Shown: positions 54,027 to 64,000 of the stretch, piece after piece | How positions within the stretch are numbered: position 1 is the first letter of the stretch | Layout: every line of letters begins with the position of its first letter | Assembly (NCBI GenBank): GCA_013265495.1 | Contig: MU058037.1 | Location: 1,489,498 to 1,553,497, forward strand | Direction: 5' to 3' | Source: Vicugna vicugna | Taxonomy: Eukaryota | Length of the DNA stretch: 64,000 nucleotides | Position numbers and translations under genes: made by a program | Notes under the pieces: model-generated | What the model saw: the letters and a program-made list of their open reading frames with translations, nothing else | What the model was told of the DNA's origin: nothing | Database searches by the model: none

Positions 54027-54454
54027 GCCTCATTCTCAAAAGATTCCTTACAAACCTATATAAGAAATTGTTCATTATTCATATACATAGATAAGCTCTT
54101 GATATTGAAGTTTTCCTCATGTCATCAAGCAAGTGTGATTAAATACCCCTGAGGTGCAAATTTATAATCCTGCACAGTCTTTTCTAGTAGAACTTATGGA
54201 ATTATTCATTCTGAGTGACAGATATTAAATTGGTATCCTTTTTTCCAGTTTTTAATGGTATCATGAAATATTTAATAAGAGCAAGACATTAAGAACAGAC
54301 ACGACTATAATGGATAACACAGCAGATCATACAAGGTATTGTGACCAACTTAAAAAAAAAAGAGACCTGGAATCTTTGCTTTCATGATGATGAATGTTTT
54401 TCTCATGAGAGCAAAAATTTGTAATGTATTTTATTTTTGTATTTTTCTTATTAG

Positions 54455-55200
54455 CCTCAGATTATTCTTCTTCCAGGTTCATGCTTAAAGAAAGTATATC
54501 CTTTAGAAGTTCTTTCATAGCAGTCTATGCGTAGCAAACTCTTTTAGATTTTTATGTTTGAAAATATAAAAATCCTTCATTCTTAAATAATAGAATTTAA
54601 GAGCTGGGTATAGAATTCTGAGTTGAAAATAATTTTCCCTCCACAATTTGAATATATTACTTTATTTTCTTTTGACATCTATTGTTGCTGTTAAGACATC
54701 TACAGCTACTCTGTCATTTATTATAATTTGTTTTAGTCACTCTGTAGCTTTTAAAATACTTTCCTCTTTATCCCTGAGATTCTGCAGTTGCTCTATGATG
54801 TGTCTAGATTATAACTGATCTTAATTAATCCTATTTTGCATTCATTGTATTGTACTTGAAGACATTATTTCTTTAATTCTGAATATTCTCAGACGTTCTC
54901 TCTTCAAATGTGGTCTTCTTTACTAGTCCCTCTTTTTTTTTCTCTAGACATATGTTGGCATCTCTCAATTTAGGATCCATGTATCTTTCATATTTCTGCA
55001 GTGTGTTTTCAGTGAATTCATTCTGCTGTCTTCCAATTTCCTAATTCTTTCTCTGATTTTATCCAGTCTGAAGTTTATCCTATCTATAGAGTATTTATTT
55101 TACTGACTATACTTTACGTATCCAGGATATCTAGTTGTTATTAGCGCTTGTGAATACCCAGTGTTCTTAATCATCCTGTTATTTCAAAATCTATTTTAAA
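54455..55200 (-). mobile_element. Old L1/HAL1 ORF1-region fragment
   Basis: T-rich; gctgggtatagaattctgagttg, ctattgttgctgttaaga and ctatgatgtgtctag are typical of antisense ancient L1 ORF1. Confidence 0.65.
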
Positions 55201-55824
55201 GGCTTTTGTGGATTTCCTGTAATTTCCTTTTAGTAAGGAAAGAATCCCCTTTACACAAGTCTCAGCTCTTGTCAATGGTTGTATCTTTATTTAACCTCTT
55301 TACTCATGGGTGAGAAAGCTCTTGCCTTCCCAGTTGGTTTTGCCCAGTGAATCAATCTTCAGTTTCCCGACATAGCTGTGGTCCATTTGCTCTTTGATAT
55401 CCATTAGAATAGACTCCCACTCATCTCTAGCTCTTTCTCGACAATGTATATGCCTTTAGTTCCCATTTATTACTGCACAATTTTGTTCTTTCTTCTGGTC
55501 CTTGGAGACTAGATCTCATTTCAGACCATGACTGTTATTTTTTTGTATTTGGGGTAGGGTGTGTGTGTGAATTTAAAGTATAAGCCCATAATGTTTAGGG
55601 ACCACCAAAAGTAGATTCCTTTGGCAAACATTTGTGGAGATCAATTCTCTTAAAAAACACATTTTTTACCTTAAATTCTGAATCATCATTCAATAAAATC
55701 TTTTGAATGCCCTCACTAGCACTTTCTGTTTATTCTAGTGAGCATATGTGTGAAAGTTCTAAGAATGTCTGCGAACTCAATCTAATCTTATGAATTCATA
55801 TAATCAATCAGAACTTCTTGGCTG

Positions 55825-56803
55825 AGCTGCAGGATGCCTAACTCAACAGATTCAATGTGTACAAAACTGAGCTCATGATACCCACCACCTGTCAACCAAA
55901 CCTGTGCCTCTCCTAGTCTTCTATACCTTAGTAAATGGCAATTCCATGTTCCCTCCACGGTGGCTCACATTCAGAATACTGTAGTCAACCTTAACTCTTT
56001 CTTTTCTCTTACATCCCATAGCCAAGCCACCAGCAGCTATATCAGCTCTGTCCTCAAAATACATTTACAATATGACTTCTTCTTACAATTGCTACTACTA
56101 CCACCTTGACCTCAGCCACAGCAGCCCTCACGTGGATTACTGAAATGTCTCCTCACTGTTCTCCCTGCCTCTGCTCTTCTATTTTTAACACAAGAGCCAG
56201 AGTGATCCTGTTAAAATATGATTTGAGTCATGTCATTCCTCCACACAAAAACTCTCCAATGGCTTCTCATCTCACTTGGAATAAATGTCCAAATCCTTCC
56301 ACTGACCTTGAAGGCCCTGAATTTCAGACCTGGCCTTGTCACCTTTGCTTCTTGCCCTGATCCTTCTTAACTTTGCTCCAGGCACATTTGCTGTTCCTAG
56401 ATTATGTCAAGTAGAGTCCCTTTTAGGTCCCTTTTAGGACCTTTACCCTTGCTATTCCCTCTGTCTGAAATGTTTGCCCAGATACCCTTGTGGTTTGCTT
56501 CCTTATCTCCTTCAGATCATTACTCAAATGCTTTGTTTTTAGTAAATTCTTCCCAGGCTTCCCTATCTAAAATTGTTATTCTGATTGTCCTCAAAACTTC
56601 CTGTTTTCCTTCTCTGCTTGATTCCTCTCTCCTTAGAACTTAGCATTACCAAAAGTACTTATATTTCTTATTTCCCAGCCTTCTCTCCAAATATAAACTG
56701 CATGAAAGAAGAGGAATTCTATTTTATGCACTGTTTTATTCTTTGACTAGAACAGGGCCTACCACAGAGGAAATACTAAATAAATACTGGTTGAGTGCAT
56801 GAA
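55825..56803 (+). mobile_element. L2 LINE, ~1 kb 3' portion
   Basis: caaaactgagctc, gtaaatggcaattccat, gccagagtgatcctgttaaaat, ctccaatggcttc; ends aataaatactggttgagtgcatgaa. Confidence 0.85.
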
Positions 56804-58369
56804 AGTTGAACAAACCACCAGCAAAGAGCACAGGATACTGACTGTTTTAACCTGAAGTCCTTCAGCAGGAAATAAACAAGCCAGGTGTCTTTTCTCCAGT
56901 AAGTCATGTCCAGCGTATTACTGAAAGTTCTGTTCTTTAATAGGCTATTCCTTTTGGCAGATAAGAAAAAAAATCCTTTTTATCAAACCTCCTTTAGCAT
57001 TACTTGTACTGACATTGTCCTAGTGCACTTAACAGTTTAAATTTGAATTCAAGATGTGGCCAGCAAGAGTGCATTAAATCTCTGTCAAAAGATATTTATG
57101 CAAATAATTATATGATGAATTATGAATGGATGTGTTCAAATCACAATTCAATCCATAAAAATAGAATGTGCTAAAATAAAAGGCCATTATGAAAGCATTG
57201 TTGATCCTCTTAACCATGGCGATGTATGCAACAGTATTCTGTTTGGCTATAAAAGATCCTTTTTTCAGACATTTGCCTGAAAAGACCATTTGTCTTTCAT
57301 TTTGTCCACAGATGTTCTGTTCAAACTCCATTCCCCCCTTTTCGGGATGAGGAAGTATGGGGGAGGGTAATTTGGGTCATTCTTACCCTGAAACTTTCAG
57401 AAGCACTTACTTTAATTGTGGAAGAAAATGACAGTTTCTGTGTTACATTTTGAAAGCTCAGCTACTATTAAATTCTTCTCAAGTTGCAAATTGCCACACT
57501 TATGGAAAAATTTGCAATCAAAATACTCTCTTGTTGCAATATAGCAACTTCCTCTTACTGTAATTTTCTGCAAAGTTCCAAGATTTCTTCAGTGACTAGT
57601 CAAACCAATAGCTTATTTCTTATACACGAGAAAAGGTGCTTGGCAATTTGAAACACTCAGGATAAATGATAACTACTTCCACATATGTAATTTTTAAAAT
57701 AAATAAACAAAAGCCTTTGAGATTTAAATATTTCACAAAGAATTTTCCTTTACTTTCTCATTGTGTGTCCGCAGAAAAAAGTCTAAATATGAGCAGGTAG
57801 GGTAAGATGGTAATGGGAGTAAATATTAAATCAAGAAATCTTCCATTTATGTGAAGTAACAGCATAGAATTGAACAAGTCTGCTGTCGGTGGTGGTCTTG
57901 CCCATTCTGGTGCATGAGAGAAACTCTGTGCTGAATGGTATCAAAATGAGGCACTGCACACATGCTGGGTCTTTGAGGACAGTGGGGTGAAGTTGCTCTG
58001 GATTCTGTCAATAGTTAATCTGATTTTAAAGTAACTGAAAATGGCTCTACATGCACTCAAAAATAAGCATGCTAATAAATTATCAGTCAAGTAAGAACAA
58101 AAAGGCAGTAATGGACAGAGGGATCTAGAAAAGGTCAAACTTAATTGGTTGGGCAGAGTCAATGTTTCCTTAAAAGAATATCATGCATATCCGTTTCTGA
58201 AGGAAGGAGGTAAGTGAATCTTACACAAGACCCCATAACGTGGTTCCTCTTTTCCTAATGGGGTGGTAAGTGGTAAGGTGGGAAGAAGAATGAAAAGTGG
58301 TGAATAGTTAGGAAGGGTAAGAAGAGTCATCACCCTTGGGAAACAGGAACTGTCATTCTTGGCTCATCA

Positions 58370-58610
58370 TAATTATCACTTACTGAGGGCTTAGGTGTCA
58401 GGCACAGTATGAGGCACTTTATATGTTATTAATCTTAATCCTTACAATAAATCTTTTAAGTGGCGATCATTAATGCTATTTTAAAGAGGAGAAAACAGAG
58501 TAAACAACTTGCTCAGAATCACATAGGTAGTGGCAGAGTCAAAATTCAAACCCAGGCCTATTAACTCCTAAACCTGTTCTCCCACTCACTTCCTGCAATA
58601 CTGCCCCTCA
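58370..58610 (-). mobile_element. MIR SINE
   Basis: tgtcaggcacagt...ttaatccttacaa...aacttgctcagaatcaca...gtggcagagtcaaaattcaaacccagg. Confidence 0.8.
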
Positions 58611-59429
58611 AGCAAGTATTCTGTAGTCATAGTAACCATGTGAGAGAAAAGAAAAACTGCTTCTGACAGGAAGACATCCACTTATGAAAGCTTCCCATGA
58701 CATGTGATGTAAGCACCCTGCCAAGTAGAAACATTCTATAAAACAGAGAGATATTAAGGATAACACTTTTATATTAATGGAGATAATTCAAACCAGTAAC
58801 TTCAATCTCTAATTTTCATGCTTTTGTCAATTTTATTTTAATTAGCAAGTTATATTGCTCTGTGGGTTAAAAAAAAAGATCTGCAACTTTTTTGGGGCAA
58901 CCATTAATCATATCTTCATGAGAGGAGGACTCATGTCAACATTTTAATTTTGCAAATGAGATAGAAACTAAGGTACAGAAAGGTAATAAGGCTCAGCCAA
59001 GTTAGACAAGGATGGGACTGCAATCACATTTTATTCCAAACCTATTAACAATGTTAATTGAACTCCGTGCAATTAGAAAACCCTATGTCAATACAGATGA
59101 GAAAATCAGTGATCCAAATAAGGCAAGCCTGCCTCGCCACTAATTCTTTACACGGGAGAAATCTCTTGGAGCTGATTCATTGTGTTATGCAATTTTTCAC
59201 CCGATACACCGCTGATTATTATGCAATGACTTAAAATTACTGGGTTCATTTTCTCAAGATGTGGTTTTTAACCACTGCATTAGTTTCTACGACCATCTGC
59301 TTAGCTTACCACTCTATACTCAACTCCTAGCACTGGACCTGAAATATAATTTTCTACCAAAAGCATGAATCAAACAGTTACCAACCACCTGTGTGTGCAG
59401 ACACTGAGGCTATGAGTTATGGCCTCAGT

Positions 59430-59630
59430 GGCAATCTGTCAGCACATTCTGTCCACTCTCCCTTCAAAATATATCCAGAGTCCAAGCTCTTCTCACCTCT
59501 TCTACTTTAGCACCCAGGGCTAAGCCCCTATCATCTCTCACCTGAATTAGCCAGATCCGATCTCACCTTCCTGCTTCCACACCTACCCCCAGCCCCTCCA
59601 GTCTATTCTCAACACACTAGGTGGGGTGAT
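59430..59630 (+). mobile_element. L2 fragment
   Basis: ccttcaaaatatatccaga...cttctcacctc...atcatctctcacctgaatta...ccagtctattctcaacac. Confidence 0.7.
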
Positions 59631-59669
59631 ACACTCCGAGTGTTTGTGTTTCAGCAAGAATGGAATGCA

Positions 59670-59860
59670 CAGTATCAGTAGAACATAGCATGGTAGTAAT
59701 CAGGAGACTTGACTTCTAGTTCTCCATATTCCAGCTCTATGACTGTGGTCAAGTCACTGAAGCTAATCTTGACCTCAGTTTCCTTATCTGCAAGATCAGA
59801 GATTTGGGCCAGACGCTCTTAGAAGATCTCATAGAGCACTAACTGTACATGATCCTGACT
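59670..59860 (+). mobile_element. MIR-family SINE
   Basis: aatcaggagacttg...caagtcact...cctcagtttccttatctgcaa. Confidence 0.65.
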
Positions 59861-61968
59861 TTAAAATGAAGGGAAAAATGGCTAGTCACCAATGTACATC
59901 TAATTATTGATGTTTTAGGAATTACATATTCCTGTAATCAGTGTCAGTCTTAACATTTAATGCTAGATTATTCACTGAAAGGCACTTAGTTTATGTTTAA
60001 GCTCCACCATGTATGGAAATAACTCATCACCAGCCATATTAGGTACAGCTATTTTGGGTGTTTGATTAATGTGTACAACATGAGACAGAGGCAGGAAGTT
60101 TGAACAAATGAAAAGCAGAACTAGGGCAGTGCCTGCTCCTGACACTTCTGTTTCACAAACTGATGACATCTGGGTGTCAGAGAAATCAGGGTGGGCTTGC
60201 CCAAATTTTATGACAAAGAAACATTTATGGCCAGACAAAATTAAGAGAACCAGATATGCTTCCTGAAGGCTACTCAATGATAAGGAAATAAATACTCTGT
60301 AAAAGAAAAGAGAGAGATAAATAACCTAAAAGAATCACCTCTACTGAAGAAACCTAAGAATTTCAATTAAAGTCAGTATATATGGCATGATAATTTCGTC
60401 AGCAATTTTATGACTGAATCATAATTACTGAAAAAATTTCTGGTTATTGACTCAATGGCTTCATTTTAAAGAATCTGAAATTAAACACCTTTTTGGGGTT
60501 ATCTTTATTTTTTTAAGATAAAGTTTGTTGCTCTGATATATTGTACATATTTTCTCATCATGGAATTCTTGCCAGGTCAGTGTAATTCATTCCAAGAATG
60601 CTAGCTTTTACCTAAATACCTTTATGGCTAAGAGTATGTTTATATGAAGCTCTTATTCTGAGAATTTTGCTCTTATAAGGAAGACAAGCTCTCCAAGACA
60701 ACTACTTCATATGTTTCTACATCTGTTAGTTTTGCTGCAGTTTTCCTGATTCAGAGATTTTTTTCCTTAACAGAAAATCTTTCATAGAGAATGCTGGATA
60801 AAAATAAAAGTCAATTTTATAAAGTTTTAAAAGTCACTATATGCAATTCATATGATAGTAAAATAACCAAGAGACATAAATCATACATACTTTTCCTTCT
60901 CTTCCATACTGAACTATCTAGTAGGACATGATTTTAAGACTGCAAAAGCAAAACTGCTTTTTATCTAACAGAAGGGAAAAAAGAACTTGATGGCAAGATT
61001 TTAAAAAAATTTGTGTTTGCAGCAGGAATCAAATTATCATTATGCTGTCAATTTAGATGGCATTTTCTATAGTCCTCTCTGCAGTGCTATGCTCATCGTG
61101 AAAATGAGAAAACTGAGTAAGAGAAAGAAAGCAATTTATAGCAAGCTCAGCTACGAAAAATTAGATTTCTGCAGGGCCTGATGCTTGCTGCCACCTCTCC
61201 AGAACTGGTTGCCTCAAATGCACCTAGATTAGGCTTCGCTTGTTCTTGGCCCCCTGGTGAGGACATTTTGGTAGTATGGTTGAAGGAAGGATGCTAAGAA
61301 TATTTCTGCACTACCATGGTACTAGACATTCTATCAGATACTTTCTTTATATACATTGTCATCATGGGGAGCCAAAGCTCTTACCCAATTATAAAACTAT
61401 ATATGGGGGGCACAAAGGAGTAGAAAATACAATATCCTCAAAAATATTTTATGAGCCAACAAAGAAGTGGACTTCAAATGGCTGTTTCTTGTACCAGCCT
61501 TCTGATAAAAATTGAAGTCATGTTAAAATGCAAGTAAGAGAAGGAGATTCAACAATTGGCTGAGATAACATGGTCTAGGTACATAGCTTTCTAGTACTCT
61601 TCCTTGAACAGAGTATGAAAGGAAATTTTTTAATGAATTGCCTAATATGTTTTATTAAGTAGAAAACTCTTTAGGTAAATTAGACATTTTATCCTAATTC
61701 TAATTTACGTTAGTTAATATTTTGATTGAAGACAGATAAAAACCAATTTAAAGTCATATTTTCTAATACACGCTTTGGGAAATTAAATAAGTGGGCTATA
61801 GGGATGATACCTTCATAGAGGTGGGCTGCACCTTGAGTCCACATCAAATTTATGATCATTTAGGCTTTTTCACTTTACAACTCGTCCTCACAGAGACTGT
61901 CACTAGAATTTTCAAAGCAGGCTTTACCTGATAGGTGCCTACAATGCCCACAGAAAAGGAACTCTCAG

Positions 61969-62468
61969 CGTGGTAGTTACCGACCACGTCAACTTGGCAA
62001 AGCTGAAACTCTCTCAGAATTCCCTTCCCTGCATGGTGCTAGTTAGGACATGCATCTGTGCGACTTTAAGAGAAGACAAGTGAAGCAGCAGCCGTTCTGC
62101 TGCGAAGGTCAGCAGATGGGGTCAGTCATTGCCGCAGCTCACACATACTGCCACCTTTCTGCTGGCTCACCTTGCTGGTATGGGTCAGCAGCCAGGCCTG
62201 CAATTCCTTCAGCTCCTCTAAGTCATGAACCAGGAGACCACAAATCTCTAAGGCAGAGGGTACCAGCTCTGCTGTTGAAGTTGGAGGCAGGGTTTGAGTT
62301 TGTGCTCAAGGGATCTAGTCCGTCTTGCTCTCCCCCTGGCTTCACATCCAGAATTTCTTCATAACCGCTGGCTCTGCTGAGCTGTCCTCACCAGCTCAGC
62401 TAAGATCTAGCCCTTTAATCCGTGCCACTTAGTGCTTCTGCTTCCCTGACTGAACCCTAATCGACACA
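61969..62468 (+). mobile_element. Solo LTR, MLT2 family (ERVL)
   Basis: Start gtggtagttac...gtcaacttggc...cagaattcccttccctg; end tctgcttccctgactgaaccctaatcgacaca. Confidence 0.75.
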
Positions 62469-64000
62469 TTGATTAATGCTCAAAGAGGACAGATGTTTTA
62501 GTCCTAGAAGGCTTTCTGATTTGCTCATCAGGAGGTAAATTCCCTTCCAAGTAAATGAATTCACTTCTTTTCTATATGGTGTTAAGAATAGTTACTCTGA
62601 GCCCAGCACAGTGGAACAAACTGTATGTGGAACAAAGTGTATGATTTACTTCTGAAACAGCCGAGTGAAGTATTATTATCTTCTTTTTACTGATGAGAAA
62701 CAGGTTCAGAAATGTGTCTAAGTTCATATAGCTGACTTAAAGCTCATGTTCTATTAACTACAACATTATTCTTGGCCATTTGAATATTAGAAAAGACAAT
62801 TCTCTTCTTTAATGTTGAACCCTTTTACCTGGAGGTGATTAGGTCCAAGTGCTCTAATGAGGCCACTCTAAATTTATGGTAATAAAAGAAATCAAGGAGA
62901 AGGTTACTTATTCTCCTGTTTCCTACTTCAGGGAAGTTTGCACCTAGTTAATCTAAAATCATTTGCAAATAAAGAATAGGGATGGAAACACTGATCTGTT
63001 TCTCAACATTCCAGATTGCTTTGGGTTCAAGTCTACGAGGAAACTGTTTCCGCTTAGCCTGTTACATGTAGAGATGTTAAGAAACAGATTTAGCAATATC
63101 ATTTAGAACTGAGACTTCAGACTGAGCTCATGCACTTTGGTCCACTGCCAGTTGCTGTGATCCAAAAGCCAAAGAAGAATCCATGAAGGCTTCAAACAAT
63201 TTAACATTGTTCTGGGAAGTTATCTTCAAGAAACCAGGATGTAACAGAAGTCAGTAACTGCACCTTAAACTTCATTCTCACATAAGATCTGGGCCAAGAG
63301 ACCAGATATGTAGATAATAAAAAAGAGTCTTTGGATGAGATTTGGGCACATACAGCAAATCATTAGGCCTATAGTTTTGTGGAATCGGAGGATGCTGAAA
63401 CCATCAAGGAAGTAATGTATTTTAGGAGTTGAGTGAAGAAAATAATTTGATGTAAGTTATCGTCCTTCAAGCAGAAGAAGCTTTAAACAGTTCTGGGGTA
63501 AAATAATTGTACCCAGAGTTTCATTAAACTTGAGATGCTTGATTAAATGAATTTAGGTGGTGAGGTAACATGGGTAGGGTGATTATGGGAGCAAAAAAGG
63601 TCTATTGCCAACAAAACTTAAGGAAGTTTTCTGAGGCTGGGAGACACAAGCCTACAATGTGAAAGAGAATGAGGCTTCTTTAGCCTCTCTGATCAAGGCA
63701 GGTATGTCCCCAAATAGTTCATAATTACTTACCATAGCAACTAAGCCAAGGGCTTCTCATCAGAATTTATGTTTTATTTTATTTTTAAAGGCAACAAGGA
63801 ATTTGTAATAAGATTTAAATTTAATGAATTTCAACTTAATAAATTCCTAATTCAATCTTTCTCTGTCCTGTTTTGCATGATGCCTCACTAATTAAGCCAG
63901 ATTCTGTGTTTTGCTTCCTGGCAGCCATTATCTTACTAGGAACTAGCAGAATGTGGCCCACATTGGTTCAAAAGGACTGACTTCAGTTTCTCAATAATTT

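Noticed and set aside
59402..59430. 12-bp hairpin cactgaggctat...atggcctcagtg
   Set aside because: Too short for a pre-miRNA, isolated, and adjacent to an L2 fragment.
62376..62400. 9-bp inverted repeat gctgagctg/cagctcagc
   Set aside because: Inside a decayed MLT2 LTR with no sign of function.

Overview
AT-rich placental-mammal genomic DNA containing the 3' part of CNKSR2 (CNK2/MAGUIN) on the minus strand. Seven coding exons (49, 173, 74, 72, 68, 101 and 547 nt) have GT-AG boundaries and splice in one frame. They encode the polybasic linker, the PH domain and the Ser/Pro-rich region ending in a poly-Glu tract; exon numbers 14-20 are by analogy to human, from memory. A probable alternative terminal exon starts at 5730 and gives the short isoform ending ...GDKS*. 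The long-isoform terminal exons and all upstream exons were not found and probably lie outside the window. The rest is intron with old repeats (MIR, L2, CR1/L3, L1/HAL1, MER5/58/94, MER34, MER68, MLT1/2), and I recognised no young lineage-specific SINE. I found no clearly new biological system. The best leads are splice-level hypotheses: a second reading frame in the alternative last exon, candidate 8-, 24- and 94-nt exons, and a hairpin-occluded cryptic exon before the PH domain. Repeat family names come from recalled consensus sequences and their boundaries are approximate.
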